In this document: positions 1 to 9,217 of the stretch, piece by piece
Position numbering within the stretch: position 1 is the first letter of the stretch
How the letters are laid out: each line of letters opens with the position of its first letter
NCBI GenBank assembly: GCA_043800255.1
Contig: JAZDNF010000016.1
Location: 1-29,312 of the forward strand
DNA: 29,312 bases
Direction: 5' to 3'
From: Candidatus Altiarchaeota archaeon
Lineage (GTDB): Archaea; Altiarchaeota; Altiarchaeia; IMC4; SCGC-AAA252-I15
Translations under genes and position numbers: made by a program
The notes under the pieces: model-generated
What the model saw: the letters and a program-made list of their open reading frames with translations, nothing else
Databases searched by the model: none
What the model was told of the DNA's origin: nothing

Positions 1-2476
1 CAACCTCCACAGGAAACCAACCACTCCGGAAGACAGGCTCCAAATCCCGAACATACAATACATCAACACCACGCACGCTGAAACTCAAACATCGACTGTC
101 ATTCCACACACCCAAAACAGAAGGAACATCACAACCCTCACTGCTATGTAATCTTAAAACATTCCCTCTAAAGGATAGATTCAACAAGGGACTCCACACG
201 ACACTAACATTTGGGCTGACAACATACTCGTCCACAAAAACACCGTTCAAGAATAACTCCAAAGTACGATTAACATAGAAGCTCTCCAATGAGATATTCA
301 AAAAGACGGGGCCACCATTACGGCTGAACAACGAAATTGTGCCATCCTCACCCATCCACCGGTAAGTAACATTCCCATAGGTATATGAACGATACCAACC
401 CTCAGAGAACAACACCCCACCCCCAGACAACAAATCATCCAAAGACACCACCCCAACACCCCTAACATTAAAACTCAAACACCGGCTGTCATTCCACACA
501 CCCAACTCCAAAGGAACATCACAACCCTCAACACTATGAAACCTCAAAACATTAACACCAGAAGACAGATTAACCAACGACCAAACAAGACTACCATTCA
601 CACTAACAAAGTATTCACCAACAAACCCGCCATTCAAAAACAAATCAAGAGTGCGATTACGATAAAAACTATCCAAAGACAAATTCAAAAACACCAAACC
701 ACCATCACCACTATAAACGGAAACAACACCACCATCAGACAACCACCGATAAGACACACCATCATATTCTTCATGAGGATACCAATTATCTCCAAAAAAA
801 GGCTCAGACGTGTAAACTCTAACATACGCGAAAATAGAGAGCAAAATCAGGATGAAAACCAGATGATATTTTTTCAATCCCCTGCTGAGAAAAAAGGTAT
901 TTATATTTTTCATCCAAATCGCACTTAGGGCCAAGGCAAGAGGAAGGATGCTGAGGAAAGATAGCCTCAGAAGTACCATGCCATACGACGGTGTGGCGAA
1001 CAGATAAAGCATCTCCTTTCGCATGTTCTCTGCATAGTATTCTGTGTAGGAGTACGGGACACGTCGTATGTCAAGAGGGAAATGCCCCTCGATAATGTTC
1101 TCAAAGAGTCTGCTTCGGGGGCCATATTTTACAAACGAGGGCCAATAGTAGTCTAACAGGGGATTGGCAAGTATCTGAAAGTTGCTAAATCTTTGCGCAT
1201 ATTCTGGTTTGAGTTGCCTATGATCTGCTTGGATTATTGTCTCATAGCCGTGGAGGCCCACTAGTGTGATAAAGGAAGATAGTATGAGGAATACGACAAC
1301 GATTGTCTTCCCGTATTTCTCCAGAACATACGTTAAAGGCAGTATAAGCAGGGGTATGATTGGAGCTAGGTGCCTGGGCCCGAATGACGAGCCACCCCAC
1401 CACATCCACCAGGAGGAGATTAGGGTAACAAAAGACAGCGAAATCAAGGCGATTGATGCGGACTCGAGTTTTGACCTTGTGAACATAAGGGGCAGGCCTA
1501 ACAAGGAGAGGATAAGGACAGGGTTGTAGATGAAAAGCCCCCTGTAGGGCATAACTGTCAGGTAGACCATTACCTTTAGGTGCTCAGAGAATCCTATGCG
1601 CTCAACACCCTTGTTCTCTTGCAGGTTAGGCCATATTTGAGGGTCAATATGGAATCTGGGCAGGGTAAAGGGTTCATCGAAGATTGCATAATTGTATATG
1701 AACAGAGGAGACAGGCCGATTATTAGCCCCACAAAAAAATACAGTAGGTTATTCCAGTTGCCCTGTTTAAGGAGGATAATGGTTCCGAAAATGAGCAGGA
1801 ATAGGCTCGGGATTTCAACAACGATTGAAAAGCCTCCTACCATACCAGAGAGTAGAATATCACGCACTACGTTGTTCTTGCGTGGCTGACATATTAAGTA
1901 TACAGATAGAAGAGCTAGGAAAATGCCCGTCGAATGTCCAAGGAAGACTAGCGAATTATGGAATGGCGTTGAACTCAGTCCATAAGACAGGGCGATGAGT
2001 GTCTGGAATTCTTCTCTTTTCGTGAAAAATTTTGAGATTTTGTAAATGAGCACTACGGTTAATGCGCCAGATAGCGATGATGTAAATATAGTTAAGAGCA
2101 CCATTGACGATAGAACCAGCATCCCAGGACTCTTTTTCTCAAAGGTTGAGCTATACTCCCTCACAATATAATCGATTTCAGGGTATTTTTCCTTTAATTT
2201 TGCTGGCAGAAGATGATTATGGAGGACTTTCAGACCATAATATAGTGGAACCCCGATGAACGACATTCCCGGCTCTTTGTCAGAGTAATAATGTCCGCCG
2301 TAGTAGGCTCTATCGCCCGTATTGTTGTAGAAACTGTCAATCTCAAACCTATGCTCATCAACTATTGCTCGGATAGAATCTAACCGGGAGTACTCATTCC
2401 AACCACCCCAATGGATAAAGTAACTGTAAATGAGGAAGAACGTTAAGAAAAGCTTTAATTCCTTTCTATTGAACAT
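1..2476 (-). CDS. Large GT-C-fold membrane glycosyltransferase-like protein with C-terminal extracellular ~130-aa repeats (3' end outside window)
   Basis: Manually translated from ATG 2476 (MFNRKELKLFLTFFLIYSYFIHWGGWNEYSRLD...GHYYSDKEPGMS...) with no stop to base 1. Many TM segments and a WWGGSSFGPRHLAP motif, then repeats ending GCDVPxxLGVWNDSRCLSF. Absent from the ORF track because no stop codon lies in the window. Confidence 0.8.
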   Translation of the reverse strand, partial: MFNRKELKLFLTFFLIYSYFIHWGGWNEYSRLDSIRAIVDEHRFEIDSFYNNTGDRAYYGGHYYSDKEPGMSFIGVPLYYGLKVLHNHLLPAKLKEKYPEIDYIVREYSSTFEKKSPGMLVLSSMVLLTIFTSSLSGALTVVLIYKISKFFTKREEFQTLIALSYGLSSTPFHNSLVFLGHSTGIFLALLSVYLICQPRKNNVVRDILLSGMVGGFSIVVEIPSLFLLIFGTIILLKQGNWNNLLYFFVGLIIGLSPLFIYNYAIFDEPFTLPRFHIDPQIWPNLQENKGVERIGFSEHLKVMVYLTVMPYRGLFIYNPVLILSLLGLPLMFTRSKLESASIALISLSFVTLISSWWMWWGGSSFGPRHLAPIIPLLILPLTYVLEKYGKTIVVVFLILSSFITLVGLHGYETIIQADHRQLKPEYAQRFSNFQILANPLLDYYWPSFVKYGPRSRLFENIIEGHFPLDIRRVPYSYTEYYAENMRKEMLYLFATPSYGMVLLRLSFLSILPLALALSAIWMKNINTFFLSRGLKKYHLVFILILLSIFAYVRVYTSEPFFGDNWYPHEEYDGVSYRWLSDGGVVSVYSGDGGLVFLNLSLDSFYRNRTLDLFLNGGFVGEYFVSVNGSLVWSLVNLSSGVNVLRFHSVEGCDVPLELGVWNDSRCLSFNVRGVGVVSLDDLLSGGGVLFSEGWYRSYTYGNVTYRWMGEDGTISLFSRNGGPVFLNISLESFYVNRTLELFLNGVFVDEYVVSPNVSVVWSPLLNLSFRGNVLRLHSSEGCDVPSVLGVWNDSRCLSFSVRGVDVLYVRDLEPVFRSGWFPVEV
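81..530. repeat. Intragenic direct repeat, period 390 nt (130 codons)
   Basis: 81-140 and 471-530 match at 54/60 nt. Protein repeat WY..(E)...YRW...FLNxSLxSFYxNRTLxLFLNG...GCDVP...NDSRCLSF. A third unit begins at the window edge (GWFPVEV). Confidence 0.9.
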
Positions 2477-2528
2477 AAAGCCACCCGCGTTAGATATTTA
2501 TTTGAAAACAACGCTTTAAGTGACGTTT

Positions 2529-3956
2529 ATGGACAATAAGGGGAAACTCCAGCTTATTATAGTCTTCTCGTTGTTATTGAGAGTTATTCTGGCTTTCCAT
2601 ACAAGGGGTATTGCACGGGGTGATGAACACGAGTACCTGAGCATGGCAAACCAGTTGACGGGCGGGAGAATCGACTATCTGCTCGGTTTCAGGTCGTATG
2701 CATATCCGCTAATAGTCGCCGTACCCTTCGCGTTATCGAAGATCCTCGGAGTAATCAGTCCGGACATGATAATAACCGCAGCCCGGCTCCTTAACGTGGT
2801 GGCTTCAACGTTTCTGGTTTATATCACTTATTTATTGGGTAGGAGACTATACGACGAGAATGTCGGCTTGTTGGCCGCTTTTTTCGTAGGTTTCTCGTGG
2901 TTCATAACCGCCTGGACTTTAAGAGTTATGACAGAAGCATTAGCTTCAACATTCATATTATTTTCCTTTTACTTGATTCTGGAAGAGAAAGAGCTGCGGT
3001 CTGGACTCTTGATAGGAGCTGCGACAATGCTGCACATGAAGTATGCAATATTCATCATCCCGCTTCTCGCTTTCCTAACGGTTAAACGAAGGCATGCCTT
3101 GAAGTCTTTTGCCGTTGGTTGGCTGATGCTGTTTCTGGTGCAAGGTTTCGTGGACTACCTGACCTATGGCGAATGGTTCCATTCCGTTATCGAGTATTTC
3201 TTTCGCACACAAATCTTGGAGTACGCGAGATTGATTATTGAAAGCGGGGGAATCTCGGGAGTTTATGCGTTACATGAAAGCCTTTATCCGGGGCACGGCA
3301 CATCGCCGCTTTATCAGTATATGGGGATAATCCCAACGATAATCGCGCTTCCGCTCATCTTGTTCGTAGTATTAACGCTCAAGACCGAGTCGAAGACACT
3401 ATTAGCTTCGACTATTGCTTTTGTCCTGTTGGTTCTATCGTTTATGCCACACAAGGAGGATAGACTACTTTTTCCGATAGTTCCTCTCCTTTACATACTA
3501 GCTGCATTTGGGTTTTTCTGGATTTACAAGAGAGTGGAGAACTCCAAGGCCTGCAAGGCTATTTTAGTATTCAGCATCATAGCAGTATTCTCAAGCAATA
3601 TGTTCATGCTACAATATCTGCCATACAGGGCGCACTACAATGAAGCGGAAGCTATGAGATGGATCGGAAGGCAGGAGAACGCTGTGGGGGTCTTCTCATA
3701 CTATCACCCACCAAACTCAGGAGGATACATGTACATACAGAAGAACATACCAGTGTACTACTCAGAATTCAAGAATATCTCAGAGGTTGGAAGTGAGATA
3801 AACTATGTCGTCATCCCAGATTATCAAGCGGATGATCTCCTCTCCATCATCTATGAGAACTTCAGAGCAGTGAAAACTTTTGAGACAGACTACCCGAATG
3901 AGATTCTAATGGAGACGGCAGAGCAGGATATATTGGTCTACGAGCGGATAGTATAG
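2529..3956 (+). CDS. GT-C glycosyltransferase, Alg9/PIG-B-like mannosyltransferase family
   Basis: Multi-TM protein with DE in the first loop (GDEHEY) and an HKEDRLLFP motif typical of Alg9/PIG-B (HKExRF). ATG 2529 preferred over GTG 2520. Confidence 0.75.
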   Translation: MDNKGKLQLIIVFSLLLRVILAFHTRGIARGDEHEYLSMANQLTGGRIDYLLGFRSYAYPLIVAVPFALSKILGVISPDMIITAARLLNVVASTFLVYITYLLGRRLYDENVGLLAAFFVGFSWFITAWTLRVMTEALASTFILFSFYLILEEKELRSGLLIGAATMLHMKYAIFIIPLLAFLTVKRRHALKSFAVGWLMLFLVQGFVDYLTYGEWFHSVIEYFFRTQILEYARLIIESGGISGVYALHESLYPGHGTSPLYQYMGIIPTIIALPLILFVVLTLKTESKTLLASTIAFVLLVLSFMPHKEDRLLFPIVPLLYILAAFGFFWIYKRVENSKACKAILVFSIIAVFSSNMFMLQYLPYRAHYNEAEAMRWIGRQENAVGVFSYYHPPNSGGYMYIQKNIPVYYSEFKNISEVGSEINYVVIPDYQADDLLSIIYENFRAVKTFETDYPNEILMETAEQDILVYERIV

Positions 3957-3962
3957 CACATA

Positions 3963-5039
3963 TTAGAGTGGAACTAGCAGTTTAAGGAATGACTGAGGAA
4001 TGTCCCCTAATATCGATGTAACACCCTCGCAGCCGGACCAGCAGAGTTTGCAGTTTTTGTATTCCTTCCTCCATTTTTTCATGTTATTCGAATTTAGGAT
4101 TTCACTCAGGTTTCGCTCTCTTAGGTTACCGACAGGCTCTTGCATCGCACTGCAGGGGAAGACAAGACCGTAGGGGTTGATGAAAAGAGAGCCTACGCCA
4201 GCCGCGCAGGGGATTCTGCGCCCAGTTTTCAGATAATCTCTCATATACTTTATGTATAGTCGGCGAACGATGTGCCGGGGGTTGAAAAAGCTTTTCAAGC
4301 CCCCACCATACTGACTTAGGAAGCAATCAATCTCGGTCATAACTTTATTATAATCCATGACCAGATCATCATTAGGATTCTTGAAGAATTCGCTCGCTCT
4401 GGCAACCTCCACAGAGATGTCCTCCGGCATTATGCCATACGCTCTCATCTCATCTATGAAAGTTGAAAGTTCACCAAGATTTGCAGGGGAGATGACATAG
4501 TTTATGTGAACATTGAAATTTGAATACCCTTCCGAGAGTTCTGACAAGCTGGAGTAAGTCCTAATGGCATTGTCAAAGGCCCCTCTTAGGCCGCGAATAC
4601 TATCATGAACCCCGCGTTTGCCGTCTAAGCTAACACCTATTTCGAATCTAGTGTTCACATTTTCAAGAATCCTGCGGACGGCGGCCAGGATTTTATCGGT
4701 CAGGATGCCATTAGTTGATGTATCAATGAGAAGCAGATTTTCCATAGAATTGTAGGCACTTATGACAATGTCCGAAAAATCATCACGCAGAAAAGGCTCA
4801 CCACCAGTAAGATGCAACCAGGAGAGACCTAAATTATCGAAAATTTTCCGGTAATCACTTAGGTCCAATTCTGATTGAACCCCATTGGTCTTCCAACTAT
4901 TGCAATATATGCATCTTGAGTTACAGCGGTAGGTGACAGCAACATCAAGCTTGTAAAGTACAGGGTCGGCTAGATTGAACCAATAAAATCTATTACGAGC
5001 AAGTACTGCCGCAAGCTTTAGAATATCATAAACGCTCAT
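3963..5039 (-). CDS. Radical SAM protein with SPASM/twitch domain
   Basis: CNSRCIYC, TGGEPF, STNG, VSLDG, twitch motif CAAG...INPYGLVFPC and C-terminal CKLCWSGC. Start overlaps the GT2 stop (ATGA). Confidence 0.9.
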   Translation of the reverse strand: MSVYDILKLAAVLARNRFYWFNLADPVLYKLDVAVTYRCNSRCIYCNSWKTNGVQSELDLSDYRKIFDNLGLSWLHLTGGEPFLRDDFSDIVISAYNSMENLLLIDTSTNGILTDKILAAVRRILENVNTRFEIGVSLDGKRGVHDSIRGLRGAFDNAIRTYSSLSELSEGYSNFNVHINYVISPANLGELSTFIDEMRAYGIMPEDISVEVARASEFFKNPNDDLVMDYNKVMTEIDCFLSQYGGGLKSFFNPRHIVRRLYIKYMRDYLKTGRRIPCAAGVGSLFINPYGLVFPCSAMQEPVGNLRERNLSEILNSNNMKKWRKEYKNCKLCWSGCEGVTSILGDIPQSFLKLLVPL

Positions 5040-5752
5040 TTCCTATTATGAAATTCAGAGTATAATCTCAATATGTTTTTGACATAATCGCGAATAAGTT
5101 GGATTACGCTAACCTTCGTGTGTTCGCCCTCAACCCACTTAACCGGGAGTTCGGTTATCTTATAGCCCTTACGCTCCGCCAAGATTAGGAGTTCGGAATC
5201 AAAGAAAAAAGCGTTATCTTTGACGGCAGGTACAATGTCTTTCAACACTCTCCGGTTTATCGCCTTAAAACCACATTGGGCATCTGAAAAGCCAACTCCA
5301 AAGAAGACTTTGAGGAGTAGGTTGTAACCCCGAGAGAAAAACTCCCTGCGAAACGACCTACTTACGCTAGCCCCCCTCTTATGCCGCGAACCAACAACAA
5401 TGTCAGAACCACTAACGATATTTTCAACAAGTTTTGGAAGATATTTAATATCGACCGACAAATCAATGTCAGAATAACAGAATACATCGGCATCACACTC
5501 ACCCCAAGACGCCCTGAGAGCTCCCCCCCTCCCCTTTTGGTCAAGATGTAATAATTTAATTCCTTTCAAAGTGTTGGAAAGATTTATGGCTAGCTCCAGT
5601 GTCCTGTCTGTGGAAGCGTTGTCTGCTAGTATGATGGTCCAATCCCAAGCCGACTGATTCATGAGAAAATCGTGGACGGTACGGACACTATTCTCAAGAA
5701 TCTCTACCTCATTGTAGACAGGTAGAACCATACAGACTTTCAACTTGCCCAT
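5036..5752 (-). CDS. GT2 dolichol/polyprenol-phosphate glycosyltransferase (Alg5/AglJ/DPM1-like)
   Basis: PVYNE, DNASTD, GRGGA, YSDID (DxD), GSR, SDAQCGFKA, FFDSELL motifs. Confidence 0.9.
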   Translation of the reverse strand: MGKLKVCMVLPVYNEVEILENSVRTVHDFLMNQSAWDWTIILADNASTDRTLELAINLSNTLKGIKLLHLDQKGRGGALRASWGECDADVFCYSDIDLSVDIKYLPKLVENIVSGSDIVVGSRHKRGASVSRSFRREFFSRGYNLLLKVFFGVGFSDAQCGFKAINRRVLKDIVPAVKDNAFFFDSELLILAERKGYKITELPVKWVEGEHTKVSVIQLIRDYVKNILRLYSEFHNRK

Positions 5753-5793
5753 AACTAGAGTATAGTACTATCCAATTAAATTCCAAGGGCCTG

Positions 5794-7194
5794 CTAATTT
5801 ATGAGGTATATTTCCGTGATTTTGTTGTTGATTTCGAAGCCTTTTATGAGGGTGAGGTTGCCGGCGCTCTCGGTCAATATCTTCATAAGGTTTCCGTGGC
5901 AGGCAGACTGCGAAGAATAGACGAATATGTTAGCATTGGTCAGATCGCCGTTAACACAGGCATCACCTGCAATGGTTAAGGGTTGTTCGATATAATGCAC
6001 AGAAGGCAACATCAATGCATGATCCAAAGGCCATGATGAGAGAACAGTTGCATTAGGGTAATTCTTTGAGAGGTACTTTATTGCGTAGAGGTTGGTTCGG
6101 ACAGCATCAGCATATTCCATGTTAGACTCGAGAACGCAGCCGCAGGAATCGGTACGATCACCAGTCCAATTACCAATAGATAGGAGCACTAATAAGAAAA
6201 CAAAAGATATGTAAAACTCCGGTCTTCGCAGTAATGACTTAAGGGATAAGACACCAAGCAAAAAATAGGAGGGGTATGCTATGAGGACGTATCTGATTAA
6301 AAAACCTCTGATTAACGAAAATCCGAAGACAGTTGACAGCACCATGATGAGCAGGGGAACATACCTGAAATGCCTAAACTCGCCTCTTCTCAGAACTAGG
6401 ATAAGAATAATGGCGAATGTTAGAATAAAACGGAAATCCGACAGAAAAAAGTGACCAGATATAAGCAAAAACTGGGAGTATGCACTACTAAGAGGGAGAA
6501 AGCCGACCTGAGAGGGCTTCATAATCCAGCCCGCAATCAACTGGTGATGGAGAAGCCAAGCAACCCAGATGAAGGCAGGCAGAGAATAGAGGGGTAGGAA
6601 TTTCTTGATGCGTGAAGCCTCACTGATGCCTGTGGAGATCACATAGGATAGTACTGCTAATACTGGCAAAATGCCGGCCTCTTTAATCAAAACCGCTGAA
6701 AAGGCGGTTAACAGATATGGTATCGGTCTCTGGCGTATTCCATAGTAGAGCACCATAACAGAGAGCGCTGTCAACGGTATGTCAAAAAGAGCCTCGCCGC
6801 TGACGGAATAGTACATGGGGGAGAAGAAGAGCAGGATAGCGGCAAGAAAGCCCACAACCCTGTCAGACACGTAAGAGCCAAGGAGGTAGGTGTAGTATAA
6901 GCCAAGAAGAGAGAACACTAATATCAGCAGACGAGATAGGAGAAGAGACTCTCCAAGCACTGCATAAGAGATTGCAAACAGTTCATATAGGAGTGGAGGA
7001 TGGCCAAAATCCAGGTAATCTGGAAGATTGAAACTCAGATGGTTCTCAATCATCCAAAGGGAACCCTCAATAAGATGGAACTCGTCCCAGTAGTACGGAA
7101 GACTTAGGATAGGATATTTCAACAGGAGAACGGCGACAGCAAGTGAGAAAAGCACCACGTAATCAGAGTACCTACTGCCAGCTAGTATAACCAT
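5794..7194 (-). CDS. GT-C glycosyltransferase (ArnT/PMT-like, GT39/GT83)
   Basis: YWDE first-loop motif, GHPPL, multiple TM helices, IRY motif, soluble C-terminal domain. ATG 7194 overlaps the upstream TGA (TGATG). Confidence 0.8.
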   Translation of the reverse strand: MVILAGSRYSDYVVLFSLAVAVLLLKYPILSLPYYWDEFHLIEGSLWMIENHLSFNLPDYLDFGHPPLLYELFAISYAVLGESLLLSRLLILVFSLLGLYYTYLLGSYVSDRVVGFLAAILLFFSPMYYSVSGEALFDIPLTALSVMVLYYGIRQRPIPYLLTAFSAVLIKEAGILPVLAVLSYVISTGISEASRIKKFLPLYSLPAFIWVAWLLHHQLIAGWIMKPSQVGFLPLSSAYSQFLLISGHFFLSDFRFILTFAIILILVLRRGEFRHFRYVPLLIMVLSTVFGFSLIRGFLIRYVLIAYPSYFLLGVLSLKSLLRRPEFYISFVFLLVLLSIGNWTGDRTDSCGCVLESNMEYADAVRTNLYAIKYLSKNYPNATVLSSWPLDHALMLPSVHYIEQPLTIAGDACVNGDLTNANIFVYSSQSACHGNLMKILTESAGNLTLIKGFEINNKITEIYLIN

Positions 7195-7466
7195 CAAGCT
7201 GAAGTATGAGTTACAAAAGTATTCGTATGCTGTCCAGTAACAGTTCCGGTGACATCATCATAGCCAATCACAATCTGATTCGTATGCATAGGGAATTGCG
7301 ATTTAACGTCAGAAATGCTCAACATCAGATAGCCTAACGAAACAGCGCCGACTACGCTGCCAAGAACAGACAACGACTCCCTAGTAATCTTCCCCTCCTC
7401 CTCAGTAAGAAAGGATGATACGTCCTTCCTTATTGAAGGCAGTTTCGACTCCAGAAGACCCATCAT
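7194..7466 (-). CDS. Putative His-Xaa-Ser-system precursor peptide (HxsA-like) with pilin-like leader and hydrophobic helix
   Basis: ~90 aa directly downstream of hxsB. Contains FLTEEEG-KITRE, a 22-aa hydrophobic stretch and a Thr-rich tail with HTN, HTN and terminal HTSA. SD-like AGGTG precedes ATG 7466/7463. Confidence 0.7.
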   Translation of the reverse strand: MMGLLESKLPSIRKDVSSFLTEEEGKITRESLSVLGSVVGAVSLGYLMLSISDVKSQFPMHTNQIVIGYDDVTGTVTGQHTNTFVTHTSA

Positions 7467-7493
7467 AAACACCTACTTAGGATATTTGATTTA

Positions 7494-7512
7494 GTATATA
7501 AAACAGGAAAAA
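7494..7512 (-). promoter_or_regulatory. Candidate TATA box (TTTATATA) for the precursor gene, overlapping a T-rich tract after hxsB
   Basis: Minus strand reads TTTTTCCTGTTTTATATACT about 30 nt upstream of the precursor ATG. Confidence 0.45.
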
Positions 7513-7515
7513 CGG

Positions 7516-8955
7516 TTAAAAAGGCCTGGCTGAGGCCACCCAATTACGCAGTATTCTGTTATCTTCCTCTGAGCAGAGGAGCTTTTTGAAGAGAGTGTCC
7601 AGTATGGCAGAATGAACTTTACACCTGAAATCCACAGGAATTCTTGGAGTCGGAGTCTGACTCTCGGAAAACGCCCAAACAGGGCAGACACCACAGTAGG
7701 GCATCCATATGCAGTCAGAGCAAAGCAAAGATAGGCCTGAGGAGATATCCACCAAATCCAGAACAGTCTGAGAGGATAAGATTCCACCATATGTGTCATT
7801 AAGGACACTTCCAAGCCGGAAAATGTCAAAAGACCTGCCCTCATCGCACGTGTGGATGCTGCCATCATGAGAGTACGCAAGCTGGGATATCCCAGCACCG
7901 CATGGCATCTCAAGGTCACAGTAGTTTGGATTCCGACCCTCAATAATTTTCTTGAGGAAAACCTGTGTCAAACCCTCATTGAACTCGACACCATCCCTGT
8001 TCAAGCCCAAAATATAGTCCAACGAATCCTTCCAGAAGGATAGATAATCTGCAGGAGAATACCCTATCTTGTGCCACACGTTGGATGCAACTCCGACCAT
8101 TGTCAGGTATTTCAGCCTTATCGTAGGAAGGCCGTGGGATAAATACTCGTCAACAATCTCCCTCCAGTAGGGAAGCGAATGCTTCGTCACAACAGGGAGA
8201 GCGCCCACCTGCCCATACATATTATCCTTTCGGATAGTATCAAGCCAGTAGACGACGTCAGAGTAGCTGCCAGCGCCGCTCAGATACTTCCTGTTCCGGT
8301 CATGCACTTCCCGGGGACCGTCAAGCGAGGTCGATATTATAATCTCATTATCTGTTACGAACTTGAGTATGTCATAATCCATGAGAGTTAGGTTTGTTAC
8401 AAGTACATAACGTATTTTCTTCCTGGATGTCCTGTTAAGGCGTTTGGAATAGTCGACAATGTATTCGACGATTGGAAAGTTCATTAGGGGCTCGCCTCCA
8501 GATATCTCTATTGTAACGCTCTCTGCAGGGGTCTGAAATATGAAATCAACAGTCGCCTTCGCGACATCCTCGTCCATGTCGTATCCCCTCTCCCCCACAG
8601 GCTTAGCACAAGCAAAACAGTAACTGCACGCGTGATTGCACCTAAGGGATGGTGAAACTATATGAAGGCTTGTGCCAGAATACAGATGAGAATAATTCCG
8701 GAAGTAGGAATTTGCTATAACGCCCATATTCTCCGCGGTTAGGATAATGCCCCGACTTTCCAAAACATTGAATAGTATCGGATTTTCGGAGACCCTCCCT
8801 GTCCTGAGGAGATCATAGTTCTGCTGGGAGAGCGCAGCCCACGCTCCATGATCTGTTACGATTAGAAACCTGTTTCCGCCATACCTTTTGGCAGAATATT
8901 TGTTCGCAATATAATCGACGCCAGTAAGCGACAATTTAATTCTTTCCGACTCCAT
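7516..8955 (-). CDS. hxsB: His-Xaa-Ser system radical SAM maturase HxsB-like (SPASM)
   Basis: TSLHIV..LRCNHACSYC, IEISGGEP, TSLDGP, and the characteristic DLxxPCGAGISQLAYxxDGxIxTCDEGR plus CxxCxWxPYCGVCP. Start ATG 8955 (or GTG 8973). Confidence 0.85.
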   Translation of the reverse strand: MESERIKLSLTGVDYIANKYSAKRYGGNRFLIVTDHGAWAALSQQNYDLLRTGRVSENPILFNVLESRGIILTAENMGVIANSYFRNYSHLYSGTSLHIVSPSLRCNHACSYCFACAKPVGERGYDMDEDVAKATVDFIFQTPAESVTIEISGGEPLMNFPIVEYIVDYSKRLNRTSRKKIRYVLVTNLTLMDYDILKFVTDNEIIISTSLDGPREVHDRNRKYLSGAGSYSDVVYWLDTIRKDNMYGQVGALPVVTKHSLPYWREIVDEYLSHGLPTIRLKYLTMVGVASNVWHKIGYSPADYLSFWKDSLDYILGLNRDGVEFNEGLTQVFLKKIIEGRNPNYCDLEMPCGAGISQLAYSHDGSIHTCDEGRSFDIFRLGSVLNDTYGGILSSQTVLDLVDISSGLSLLCSDCIWMPYCGVCPVWAFSESQTPTPRIPVDFRCKVHSAILDTLFKKLLCSEEDNRILRNWVASARPF

Positions 8956-8956
8956 A

Positions 8957-9217
8957 TTAGGGTTTAAATTCACCTTTTACCCGCATTGAACATAGAACAT
9001 AGTTGGAAAACTCACTAGCCAGAACGGTCAGATCAAAATCCGATTGTCTGGGCTTTAGGGCGATGGTAATACTCCGACCCGTCTCAGAGGTTAAGGTAGA
9101 TTCACATATGTGTGAATACGCCTTGATTGCGTTTGAAACAGCCTCAGGACTATAGAATTGCTTGTTAAATCTTAAATCAATGGTATTGCCCTCTTTAGGG
9201 AGTGTTATGCGCTTCAC
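8957..9217 (-). CDS. HxsD-like small accessory protein
   Basis: FNKQFYSPEAV..AI..Y...EFSNYVL resembles the HxsD pattern and the adjacent ORF. GGTGA SD-like element; coupled to hxsB. Confidence 0.6.
   Translation of the reverse strand: MKRITLPKEGNTIDLRFNKQFYSPEAVSNAIKAYSHICESTLTSETGRSITIALKPRQSDFDLTVLASEFSNYVLCSMRVKGEFKP

Noticed and set aside
875-913. Separate gene starting at TTG 877 or ATG 913 with an apparent TATA box
   Set aside because: In frame with ATG 2476 (1563 nt to 913) with no intervening stop, so it is best read as one fused ORF.
536-1889. Plus-strand ORFs 536-928, 1266-1529 and 1692-1889
   Set aside because: Antisense shadows of the long minus-strand ORF 1-2476. Their odd composition mirrors its G/T-rich codons.
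3963-5039. Second radical SAM as the missing HxsC
   Set aside because: It looks like a generic twitch/SPASM enzyme of glycosylation clusters, is coupled to GT2 rather than hxsB, and shows no HxsC-specific features I can recognise.
7182-7196. UGA read-through (Sec) extending the precursor by U-W-L-Y
   Set aside because: No SECIS evidence, and the TGATG overlap is fully explained by translational coupling.
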